A stretch of 64,000 nt of DNA from Raillietiella orientalis (lineage: Eukaryota): NCBI GenBank assembly GCA_036172245.1, contig JAYWIR010000028.1, forward strand, positions 2,232,001 through 2,296,000, in the 5' to 3' direction. The position numbers and the translations under genes were made by a program. The notes under the pieces are model-generated. The model was not told the DNA's origin, ran no database searches, and was given only the letters and a program-made list of their open reading frames with translations. Of this stretch, positions 49,800 to 61,499 are shown piece after piece; the first letter of the stretch is position 1; every line of letters starts with the position of its first letter.

Positions 49800-50350
49800 T
49801 TTCCGAAGATTGCAAAATGGTGCATATCTAGTACTGAATTCGAAGAATGGCACCGATCCTCTATCGAGGAAGAGCAGCTAGACACTCGTTATTGCTGGCA
49901 TCGGGAAAACCTGACGCAGCTCTTTGCATGTCCCTCGACCAGCAGATAAAACCTGCCTTTGTTCCGCTTGCAGATGAATCGGATGCAAGGCTTGAACGAT
50001 GATCGATGCCATCTTCTTGCACAGAAGGTTACTCCTTTATTTGAATGGATGCTTCCGGAAACGTTTTCAAATTCCCGTTTTCACCGAGCGATCAGCTTCA
50101 TGAGCCTCGTGGAATACAAACGCTCTCGTCCATAAAAAGCCATTTCCCTCTTCAAACTCCTAGAGTTCGATCGCGTTGCTAAGACACAGCTGTACCCTCA
50201 TGACGTTGCTCAGCTATGATAAAGATACTTCCTGATGCTACACATCGACAGAAAAATTCCTTCTTACATTCTACGTTTCAAACTTTCTTACAGATACGGG
50301 AACTTCGCCAGCAGACCACAATAACCAAAGTGCGTTTTGCTGGTTACCAC
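49800..50350 (+). mobile_element. Possible decayed LINE RT fragment (plus strand)
   Basis: tggatgcttccggaa at ~50046-50060 is identical to the D..KAF region of the 29.08-kb element; YDKD near 50215 may be the YADD position. Confidence 0.3.
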
Positions 50351-50394
50351 CCAGTCTTTCAGAGATGAAAGGTCTTCTTTCATCTAATAATCAA

Positions 50395-50750
50395 AGTGCT
50401 GAACGGAGTTTGCAGCGAGAAGCTTGGAGGGATTCTTCGCAGCTTCCATAATCTGCCAGACCAGAAGCTCGCTGGCTGTCATTCAACCCGGACGGTGACC
50501 TCGGATACGCTGCCGTTACGTGCCCCGGTTGCGCTGCTGCATGTTGGCGCACGTCATTCTTTGCTTTCTGCCCGTTTGCGGGAGTTCACAAATTTTCTGA
50601 GCATCTCGTCGCTTCCCAGTCCCCAGGCGCCCAGAGATCCTACTGCCAGTGCTCGCTCCAAAGCAGGCACTCCTCGGGAGAAACAAAGACAAGAGTTTCC
50701 TGCTTTGGGGCTCTTTCTTTGCTATGCTTCTTTCAGTACTGCTGACGCAT
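50395..50750 (+). mobile_element. THAP-containing repeat, copy 2
   Basis: GVCSEKLGGILRSFHNLP; shares cagcttcca..atctgcca, gaagctcgc, ccccaggc.cccagagatcct.ctgccag.gctcgc and cactcctcgggag with copy 1. Confidence 0.6.
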
Positions 50751-50799
50751 TATCAAACGAGCATTGGTTGCGATGTCCTGGTTCTGGAGCCCCAGGTCT

Positions 50800-53000
50800 G
50801 GTTTGTATCTGGAGCCCTCGGGATCAGGTGGCCAAAGACTACCAGTGTCACCATTCCCGCAATTTGCCCTTATTCCGTCTCCGGAAGAAACTGTAGCTCC
50901 TCGTGGATTGTTTTATCGCGACCACTGGCTCTACCCATATTTCCAATATACATCCCGGGAGTGTTTGACCTTGGAAAGTCTTATTTCTTTCCTGAGCCCA
51001 ATCCGATAGATAAAATGTGGTGTTCAAATGCGCCAACAAATTCCCCGACCAAAGACACCCTATTTTTAAGATGATTTAAGTTCAAAGGCAAAGTAATCTT
51101 TCATGTTTTGATTTGTTGATATGATGCCTACTTCCATTCTGCTTGGGTCCTGGAACGAGTGCATCAGATAAATTTCTTTGCCCTTGGAGACATCCTAGCC
51201 GCTCTGATAACAGTCGATGGGTTCCTCACGAAGAAAGGGAACCCCGCACTCATCCAAAAGACGGAAGGTAGGGAGGTCCGCCAAAAAGTAGAACTGGACT
51301 AGTGCTCCCACTTCCAAATCGTCGGGCGCAAGTCAGTAGATGGAAGAGAGAGATAGAGGGAGAGGAGCAGGGGACAAAGTTCTTGAGACCGAAGATCGAA
51401 CTTCCGGACAGACAGCCTCCAAACAAAGTGCAGAAGCGGGAAACGGGAAACTGATTACTTTCCGAGTTGAAAAGGAGAGTCTTCAATGGCAGAGGCCCCC
51501 TACAAAAACCGCGGTTTGGAAGGGTAGGTGCAGTCAGAGGTCATAGTTTCTGCGGATACCCAGCAATGTCCTTGTGAGACACTCCTGTCTCAAAACAGGA
51601 CCGTCCTAAAAGTGCCCAGATGCGAGCATATCGGTCAAATCACCTTCCTGGTGACATGTCCGATCTCATTGAGGTGCTTCTACGGTTCTGCTGAAGCTTC
51701 TCTCCCAATCTCTCGCCCAAGGCATCAACCTGCAAACTGTCCATCCCTGTTCGTATTTACCAGATTCTCTTCTGCCTTTGGGATGCCACCGTAGGCGCAG
51801 CCTCCTGTACGGCCCTCCGAGGTGCGAAGGCGACAAGTGACGCCGTTGCTGTCACTTTCCATCAAAGAGCGTGACTGCCACCCGTTTTGTCCTCCCAGAA
51901 GCAGAGGAAAACAAACAGCGAATTCCCCGGGCTCCACAAAGGATGGGAAGAAATGGTTTCCCTCAGTCAGTCCGCGTCGCTAAGCATCAGACGCGAGATT
52001 TCCGAGTGCGGCAACTGATTTACTGACACCTAGGGCACGGGCGGCTCGGAATGGCCATTTGAAGGTTACGCCTTAATTACAAGAAAACCGCGCTGAGTAC
52101 GGAGGGTGGGAGGGAATGAAAGGGAATTCGTGGCTCCATGGATAGAAGGAGCAGGTGACAGCATCCCGTGTTTACACAAGGAGCAGGTCATTAGTGGTGA
52201 CTGATGACTTGTTAGAGATCATTCGCCTTGATGTTACTTCTCTCTCTGACCACCACAACGGAGCATTCGGTCTGTCCCACCTTGCTTCGCTCCCCTTCTC
52301 CGGTTCCCGGGTGCTTTCGGTGCTTCCAGAGCTTGCTATGCAACGCGATGGAGTGGGTGTTTGCCACGGAGGCAGAGCAGCTGCTCTGGAAGCCTTTCGT
52401 CCGGCTGCCGGATGGAGCAGTCGAAGACTCATTAGGGAACCACGAGACCCCTCAGGGAGGACGGAGATCTGCAGCTTGGTTTCTTCCGAGGAAGGAAGGT
52501 CTATGAGTCTCAGATAGGCCTCATAATTCGAAGATTCGGGATTGCATGAAGAAATGTGAGGGACGATTTACCAGAGCTACCGCAGCTTCCACGATCGATC
52601 GGCTCCATCGCTGACTGGGCAAAAGTAGATCTACGGCAAGTGTCAAGGATGTTCATTTTTGAGGTCAGGGCTGATTTGAGATGGGTGCCTCTGCGGTTCG
52701 AGCCGCAACCTCCCATTCTTGAGTCACGCACGGTGTTGGGCACCGCTCTGTTCTAAAGGTCGGTGTTTCCATACTGGTCACTCGACTGTGTACGTCTGTG
52801 CTCCATCATCTGGGTATTCCCACCTCGAGCGGCGAGCTGCTCTCATTCTTGTAATGAAATGCAAAAAGTTCCTCCTCTGGGAAAAGATGCAGGAAGATGA
52901 AGGATCTTCCGCCCATCCCGTCTTAGGAACAGATTCGAGGCTAAAAACGGACTAAAGTCCTATGGCAAAGGAAGAGTGATCGTTCAGGACGTTTCTCGAC
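50800..53000 (-). mobile_element. Decayed CR1/L2-like ORF2 (APE, RT, C-terminus)
   Basis: FAQSAMEPIDR (l.Q.v.EPTR), TGVS/QG near 51570-51590, and ILEIW..P (LEY..vW.P) near 50930, in correct order. Confidence 0.45.
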
Positions 53001-53949
53001 CTCAAGGGTGTCCGTCCTAAGAGCGAGATAAAATATGAAGAGTCCGTATCGAGGACTGGCTCTGCACTTCGCCTCCAAAGTAGCTCCTCCCGCGACAGCG
53101 CTAGTGCTCTCTGCAGCTTCCCTGAGAGACCAGTGAAAGACGAAGCGAACAGGAAGCTGCAAATAAACGGCTGGGGCTCATCAGAATGGAAATGGCGTGG
53201 GCGCAGTTCGGGCATTCCTGGAATGCATGGTGGACGAGTTTTCAAGGATCGACTGCATCATTAGGATGAGACGGCGAGGATCAACAGGTAGAGAATATGG
53301 TAAAGACCCCCACGCTTATCATGTTCTAGACCAGTCCAAGATTCAGAGAAGATAGGAAACTTTAGGTAGGACTGCTCATTGAGGCAATTGGAGCTTTCTG
53401 GAACCGAGTGTTGCGGTTTTCAGAAAGGTGCGTGTTGGTAAGACCTCTCGTGTTTCCTCCGCCAAGTAAAGGGTGCTGGAGTAATGTGGGGACTCACAGA
53501 GGCTGCCGAGGGTAGAAAGGGTTGGCTGCAGTCGACGGGGGGAGAATCGAAATGCGAGTTTCCAAGGTCGCGAAGGCCGTCAAGAATGCGCCGCTTGAAG
53601 GCTCTTCTATTTGTCATGTTCGGGTGGCCGCCGGTTGGTTCGTGGCGGTGGGTGCTGCCGAACGTGTCTCGACTGAGCTCTGCTCCCTCGAAGGCTGTCC
53701 GTGCACGGGACGTCACAAAGCTTATCTGATCAGGCTCGGGATCGAGATCTTGGGTGCTGACCACTGCGTGTGAGAACCCTGCGGGGGAATCCCGGAGGGA
53801 TGGTGGAACCAAGGAGCCTCAAAACAAGGAAGCGGGGATGGATTCCATGCAGAAGAAAAATGATTTTCTACCTGGGCCGGTTTGGAAGATAAATCAAGAT
53901 GAGGAAAAGATCAACAGATGGCACCTGTGATGTGTTTTCCAGTATCTCC

Positions 53950-55200
53950 TCGGTATGGATGCTGGGAAGCTGATGGTTCACGCAGACAAGCAGTCGACGG
54001 GCCCAGATCATCGTATCTTCTTAGATAAGAAGTTCTGGGAGAGGACCATCTGCTTAGGTTCCAAATTTTTTCCCCTCCCCATCGGAGGAGGAATCACATC
54101 TCTTTCAATGGAATTTTCTTTCGAACACCAGAAAATCCCTTGGATGGAACACCCGCCGTTCCGAGTGACCTCCACTCGGCATTCGCTCTCCTTTGGGATC
54201 TTTCGTTACTACCCCTCTGTCCCTTCTGTGCGTTGTTTTTCCCCTCCTTGCATTTTTCAACGCTCTTTCACTTTTACTCAAGTTCTAAGGAACTCTGGAA
54301 GCCACTCTAGGGTAATCTAACATCGAGGTTAAGTGAAGTTTCCGGAACTAGCTGTGAGATGGGAAGGGGGGGAGGAAAGGGCTAGAAAAGCTCGCTCACC
54401 TGCGTGACTCATCCAGGACGAATCCCCCTCAACTGTAGGCAAAAGAAGTATTCTTTGCGCGGGAGCATCAGGGAGGCCTGAGGGCAGAAACAGAGGCCGA
54501 GATGGAGTCCGGAGTTCGCGGAGGTGTCTTTTGTCCCTATATCCACAGAGACCCACATTCGAGTGTGCCCAGATTCCAAGGAGAACTGCTGTCATCCTCC
54601 TGAAAATTTGAGTGCTCCCTACTCCCATCTTCGGGATGATTTTTCATTGCCCAAATGACGCACCTCGTCCTGTTCCCTATTACAGAAGTGCACCGTCTCT
54701 GTGGCGACGCCCTAGCTCTTAGCTTAATCTCTCGGTTGCGATCGCCGCTTGCTTGCCTGACAGTTTGTGCCAGAGAGCATTCCGAGACAAAGGAGGAGAA
54801 AGTGATCCTTTAATGAGGACTACTCTGGAGGCTCCAGCGAGAACGAAGGTTTACATCATGGACAGGAAGATCGGGATACTTTGAAACCACTTCTGACACC
54901 GCCCTTTGGAAAGCCAAGCGCCGCCCCCTCGCTCCTGGTCTGAGGTGAGCTACTGTTCAAAAAAAGCTGCAATGGAGTACAAGGACGTTTGACTTCCTGG
55001 AAAGTGGACTGACAAAGCGTCAGGGCCTCCCACCTCTTATCCTGTCGGCTGTTCGCAGAAGCGTTATCACCCAACCCGGTGGGGCGTACAAAGTACAGTT
55101 CTTCCTCGGGGAAAACCGTTTTCTTCTCGGAGGCCGTAATAGGAGACGGCTTCCTGAGACTTCCTCCTTGAAACATTCAAAAGAAGGAAAGGCAAGGGTA
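53950..55200 (-). mobile_element. Decayed Penelope-like RT
   Basis: LYFVRP (lY.lpK), TSLYSI (sLYT.I, ~54970-54990), GSTQIFRRMTAVLLG (G..ifrQ..GipMG). Confidence 0.45.
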
Positions 55201-56199
55201 GGGATGAAAGCGGGTAGCTGCCAGAAGATCTAACCTCCCAGTCTGGACGTCATCCCTCTTCTCGTTTTGCATCCTTTTCGTCTTTCCCCGCATCTCGCTT
55301 TTGGATGAGGAAAAACGGTAGTCCGGGCGAAGATCCTGACCTGTTGTATCACCCTGGACGCTGCTTGCTCAAGATTGAGGAGACTCCGATGAGTAGGAAG
55401 ATCAACGTCCGGCCAACGTCTCCCGGTCCTGCAAGAAGAGATAAAGCAGACGTCCCGAACTCTGAGCAGGAGAGAAGTGATCTCTTTCTTCCTACATGGG
55501 GCATGGCCGAGAGCAGGGAGAAGCTGCCCTTGTCTCCGAGCGGTCGCGGAATGCTAGAATAGGAGTAATAGTAGCGAGTCGCGAGTCCTCTGCGGCGTTT
55601 CTCTAGGCTTTGATTCTGCCAGAGGAAGGTGTCCCGCATGAGCAGTTGGTCATCCCATGTACACCTACTTCCTCTTCCAGGATGGATTCCTTTTCCAGAA
55701 GACCCTCAAAGACTGGTCCGTGGATCGACCCCTCTCTGGAGGACCCTTCCGGGAGACCTCTTGGAGGGCTGACTTGTGAGGGCCCTGAGAGTCTAGGCGG
55801 ACAAGTCCTAGCAGGGTAGTAGATCAGGAGAGACCCGGTGCCTGAAGGGGGAATCTGATCTCAAGCCGATCCTTTGTTCCCTGGAATGGAGAGACCGGAA
55901 CTGGATCCCGTTTCCGGCACCCATGGGTGCGCATCTTCGCCCACTGACCCAACTGTGGGAAAAAACAGCTATCGTCAGCTATCCGCGAAGAAAAAGAGGC
56001 TTACGAGTTCCAAACCCTTCCCGTGGCCCACCCTGAGGTTATTCTCTGCTTTTCACCTTTTTCGCAGCTCTTTCCCCCTTTCCCCCCCTCCCTGACTTCA
56101 AGGGGAACTCCAATCTTTAAATCGCCTTCCCAGCCTCCCGAGATGGGACGCCACGAAGCCAGTTTCCTGGAAGAAGTCCGTGGTGCCCGGAAACAGCCC

Positions 56200-57880
56200 T
56201 TCCTCGGCCCAGCCTTCAATCAGAGGAGAGGATGGAAAAGAAGGCCCTGGAGGGTGTCCTCTTTCTGTTCGCTTCGCTACCCAAAAGGGCAGCTGGCAAA
56301 AGCCTTTTTTCGAGGTTTCTACCCGTCTGCCCTTCAGGTGAGCTATGGCGTCCGTCAGCCGTGCACTCACCCTGAGTCGCGTCCGTCCGGCAGGAGTTTG
56401 CGAAAGACCGTTGCTGCCAATGATGAGATCGTCGCACTAAGGCTACACGCCGCCCTAAGTGCCGACGGCTGTCCCTCTCCCTCTCCAGAGGAAGAAGAGG
56501 GAACCACCAAGCCTTTGACTTCCCTCCCCTCCTATCCGAAAACCTCGAAGACGAACCTCTCTCCGAGTCTCCCGTTTATATACCATCCTCCTTGAAGGAG
56601 GTTGGCAGGGTCAAGGTGCCCCTCTCTGTCCGCTTCTGTTGCCTTGGGGCTCAGTAGTAAAGACCGCGTCTTTCCTGGAAACCTCCCCAGTTCCACTCAC
56701 CCTCTCCTTATGATCAGAGCTGGAGAGGGACGCCCTTCTTGCTCCAAAAAGAGCAGCCGAGGAGAGAAGAATGTTCGCCGCCAGGAAAAAGCGAGATGAG
56801 ATGAAAAGGGGCCGGTGCCGAAAGATCACACCCTTACTTCTGTAGCATCGCTTACGGTGAGCAGACTGGCGGAAAGGTACAGGACGGGATGCGAACGGGA
56901 AAGTGTCACGTGGTCTCCTCAACTCCCCTTCTCCACCTCCCCATTCTCTGCCCGTCCATTTTTTCCTCCTTCCCTCCTGTCCCATGGGGAGAGGATTTCC
57001 TTCTTCACAGAGAGTTCGGATAAAGGGATCTGCCTTTCTGGGAGCGGAACCGAGGAGGAGAGAAGGTGGCAACTGCATCTCCATGGGTCCGTCCGGGTCG
57101 CACCTCCTTCCGAAGCCGTTGAGCCCCGAGGAGAGGCGTCGCCAGAGCACTTCGCTGCCCCGGAAGAAGGAAAGAGGAGCCTCAACCCCGTCCTCGCCTC
57201 TTGAGGAGGAAGTCAAAACTTTCCTGCTTTTACTTCGCTCTTTTCTTGCAGCAGGAGCTTTCCCGGGAAAGGACGAACGCCGAGGTGGCGCCACCTCAGC
57301 TCTCACCTGGTCCGCCATTCCGAAACGAGAACGGGAGTGGCTGCGCTTGTTCTTTCGGAAGGGGTGAGGACATAGCATAGGATGGCCTACCTGATTCCCC
57401 AGGTGCGGTCGACTGGGATGGGAAAAAAAGATGGGCATCCGACGGGCATGAAGGAAGCAGGACAGGGTCCCCGAGCTTCGGAAAGCGGAGGAAGAGTTGG
57501 CAGGGAAAGGTCCGACTCGTTTCGTTCTGGGATGAGGGCATCCCAAAATTCCAGCCTGGTGCACTTTTTAAGGTGGCACTCGCAGCAAAGGCGCATATCC
57601 TCCCCCTTCCCTCGCTTTTCCTTTGCATCACGAGCGGCGTCTGCTGAGGTGCTTGCAGCCTGCGCGTCTCGGGGTCTCGGCTGACTTGGAAGGGCATACG
57701 AGGCATAAGTGAAGCAGGGCACACCTACTTCTACTTTTCGGTTTGCCCATCTCATCTCTGTTCTTTCGTTCCCTAAGCAATTCGGGGATGTTTCCCTGAG
57801 GACCAGGAATTGACCGTCTCTCAGAGAAGTTTGCAGTGCGATTGGAGTCAGAAAGAGAAACTTGGGAGAGAAAGAGAAGG
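56200..57880 (-). mobile_element. Decayed Penelope-like RT, nearly the whole domain
   Basis: In order: GP motif (~57800), FPIPVDRTWG..AILC (57372-57420; vP.DKA.nN.aI.C), LPPSLL..APRK..PFI, CDLSA (DFSTL), YKRE (YDKRD), LKGR (L..rGY). Confidence 0.55.
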
Positions 57881-58949
57881 CATCTCAAAGGCCGCTTTCC
57901 CTAAGAAGGGTTACAGGAGGGAGGATAGGTGATCATGAGGCTTACAGGTGAGTGGAGCAGCTGCCTGCAGCTTCCAAACTAGGGAGGGATGGGATCTGGC
58001 AATCAGTTCCTTCCAGGAGAAAGGAACTGATTGCCACCGAAACGGGAGCGGAAAATTTTTCGGGGAAAACAGGTTTCTTTGGTTGGGAGGAGACTTCACT
58101 GAGGTAGCGCTCCTGGGAAGAAAAAAGGAGAAAGCCAAAGTTCTGCTGCAAAAAAATCCTGGAGCCATCAGCAGGAGTGGTCAAGAAAATGCGGCCACCC
58201 AACAAGAGAAGTCAGTTAGCGTCCCTGGAAAACAGAAAAGGGATTTAAATGATCATCCGCGGAGTTGAGGAGGAGGCAGTGATGTACACAGGACAAATAT
58301 GACGAAATCATCCTGCATGGCCATCGGGAGGGAAAGGCGAAGAAGAAGCATTAAGTGGGAAGAGCAGCGGAAGGATAAATGTCAGATGGGATGGTTCTGG
58401 AACGTCAAACACTTCCTCTTTTAAATTCCGGCCTCTCGTTGCACAAAAAAAGGGATTGAGGTTAATAGAAGAGAAGGAGACTCTCTTTCGTGTCCCTCTT
58501 TCTCCTCGGACAGGTATCCAGGTCAGAGAATGAAGGGAAGAACCCAGGAAGAAAGGAGACGTATTCCTAGGGAGTCCATGAGAGATGCGGGAGGTGAATT
58601 TCTGGAGTCAAGGGCGTTCAGTTAAGGTCTTCAAGTACTGCCCAGCTGGCTTGACGGCCTTCGCTGAGGCCAGCGCAGTCGCCATCTCCTGCTGACGGCT
58701 GAAGAAGAGGGATCAGGGAGAAAGATCGGTGGCGAGCTTTTGGCCTCAAGAGGTTGTGGACCCGCCCGTCCCTTCAGTCCCTTCAGAGTTTCTATAGGAC
58801 TGTTCGTTGGTTTGTGCTGCTGCAGGTTTTCCTTCGGTGTTAGCTGGCCCTTGAGCTTTCAAGCTCGAGGCTCTCGGTGCGCCAGCTCTCTTCAGGATGA
58901 AAGGAACTCGGACAACGGGAAGATCTTTGGGTGAGGAGGAACTCTTTCA

Positions 58950-59600
58950 GGACTTCTTCCTGAAGTAGCACGTGTTCAGACAGTAAGCGCTTGCTAAGCA
59001 CGAGTTCCACTCATCTTCACTCTTCTGGAGTGATTTCTGTGCTTCTGGAGGATTTTTTGAATCAGTCTGTAACCAAATTCCTCTTTCTCCTCTCCTCTCC
59101 TTGCAACGTTCTCAGCGAAGTGGATGCCCACCTGTCTTCCCTCTCCATCCGGCACTCCATCCGACTGCCCCTTCTCATAGTCCAGAGCCGGACGTTCATC
59201 TTCTCTTGGCTTCCTTATATGACAAAACTCCCGTTCTTATTATCCGCTCCAGATTCATCCGTTCTCAACTCGTCCATAAGATAGAGAATCTCTCACTCTT
59301 TCTTTGAGAACGACATGATCTTTTCCTCTGCATCCACCTCTCTTCGGAACGAGCGCAATCCTCGAGTGGTTTCTTCCTTCAATTAGTCCCAAAATTCCCA
59401 CGCAAATGAGAAGGATGGCTGCAGATTTGACGCTCCAAGAAGGCAGCTGGTGGCATCCCGAACTCATCGTCAGTGTCCGGGAGTGCTTCCTAAACCAGTG
59501 CGAAGGAAGGAAACGGGAAGGACGCGCTGCTGCCAGTCTGCCGCTATGACACTGCTTGCCTTTTCCAGGGGCGGCCACTGCTGCAACACTCGTTGGGGCG
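58950..59600 (-). mobile_element. Decayed LINE ORF1 (gag-like, CCHC knuckles)
   Basis: GCHQ.., GCRGKDH (C.g.H) and IIRTGVLSYKEAKRR (isY.EA, typical after the knuckles in I/Jockey ORF1). Confidence 0.4.
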
Positions 59601-60519
59601 AAACGCTGGTTTAATGACCAGGTCGTGCCTCGCTAGAAGGCTCTCCGCCATTGGAAAACCTCGGCAGAGGCTTTCCAATGACTCACGACCTCCCTTCCCC
59701 TTGGCGTCGCAGGTGCGCTGACGGTCCAGAGCTCACTCAAGCTCGAAAACGATGGCTCCATCTGTGGGTCGGAGATGAGCGGCGCCAAGTTCCCCAAGGA
59801 CTCCCTTGGGCTTGCAAGAGGAAACTCGACTGCCCTACACACGATTGTACCCTGAACTTTTCTCGAAGGGGTGCCTGTGGTGACGTCAGGGGAGCTCCTT
59901 GCTTCTGAACCAAGGGCTGCTTCCGAAGGCGCCAGAAAGAAGAAAAGCTGTAGGTTGAGTGGATGGAAGGATGAGAGCGACTGTCTCCGGAGTGGTAGCG
60001 AGATCATCCAAAGGGAGTAGATCGCTCTTCAAGGATGGTGCTGAGTCAGCGGAAATCAATGGAACAGCAGGTCGTCGCAGGAGTTTTTTTTCTTTTTTCT
60101 AAATGCTATGGTCCAGAAGGAGCGATTGAATTGCAAGTGACCTTATCTTGACCTATAAAGATATTGAGCAGGGTAGCGCAGTGTGATCTTGTAGGTTGAA
60201 GGTGCAACGATCTTCTAAGACTCGTCGATCCAGGTTCCTGCATCCCAGTTTCTTTCCGACTTTTGCCTGACCTCAAATTCCCCTCGGGACTCCTTTCGAT
60301 AAACGTCCGACTCCATCTCTCTCAGTTGCCTCCTCTATGCTCCTCCTCGTTTGTTCATCCGCCTCTCCCGAGGATGTGAGCCGACAGGGAGACGCCCATT
60401 CAAGGAACGGATGTTTTTTTCTGCAGCGAGTCTCTCCCTCTGGCGTTGCGTCTCCTTTCGGGATCGAGCGAGGAAAATGACGGGGTCAATCACCATTGGT
60501 TATAGCGTTCGAGCTCCCT

Positions 60520-60872
60520 TCTCGCTTCCTAAACCACCTTGGAGAGCCAACTCCTGAGGGGGTATCAACCAGCTCCATGGTACGCTATCGTACGGGTCCA
60601 TTTTTACCACCGGAGGGGAACCCCGTGGGAGGCCGCCTCCTTGATTCCTGGAAGGACCTTGGAGGATTAACTTCCAATCCAGGCCGGTTAAGAGGGGCAT
60701 CCGGCTTGCACTGGTGACGCACCTGGATTCTACAGGTCAACCAGCGTTATCCTGTGGGGAGGACTCGAAACCCACGATGCATCTCCCATTTCCCGGTGTC
60801 GACGTTTCACGCAGGGATTCGAACCCGCAATGCTTCGCACAATGCGCTGAGAATACACGGCCGCCGATGAGG
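60520..60872 (-). mobile_element. Family X copy: tRNA-like head plus 5' body
   Basis: Perfect B-box GGTTCGAATCC (60815-60825 rc), second GGTTTCGAGTCC, then acgctggttg, ggtccttccaggaa.caaggag, aaaatgga and ccatggagctggttgatacccc, collinear with 36551-36900. Confidence 0.8.
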
Positions 60873-61499
60873 GCGAGGCTTCCTTCCGGGGTCCATCCTG
60901 CCGCGCAAGGGAGGGTAGGTGGGAAGAGAGAGATGACGGTGCGGTGAAGGAGGAATTTTCCAGGTATCTTTTGATCACAGCGTTGGATCGAGCGAAGAAG
61001 GGCGCCTCGTCCAGCCTTCTTCGCCACCGAGACAGATGGTGCCTTCAACGCGGCACCCACTGGGGAGGCTCCAGAGCCCTTCCTCACGTGCTTCCGAGAT
61101 GCACTAGGAGGGAGCGAGAACTGCTGAGTTTCGCATGGGGGGTCGAAACTCGAGACTTGCCCGAATGAATGTTCATCCCTTCCATCCGCCTTCTCGCTGG
61201 AAATCTTCGGCTCCTCCCGGGAGGAGGTGAAAGCCGAAATGGAGGAAGAGTGCCGCCGTCATTCTCGGGAGTTATTCCCAGTAGCTGCGAACTGCGGAGG
61301 AATGGCCCGAACTGGGACGTGAAACACAAGCCTTGGGTTGACTTGCTTGGAACCTGCGATAGCAGGCGTCTCATTCCTCCCACTCCCGTCCCTTCAGAAG
61401 GTATCTAGGAATCTTCTCTTTATCATCCACTCTTTTTCTAGTCCACCCAGCTGATATTAATTTATTGTTTGGTCCTCTCTCACCTCAACCTACGTTCCC

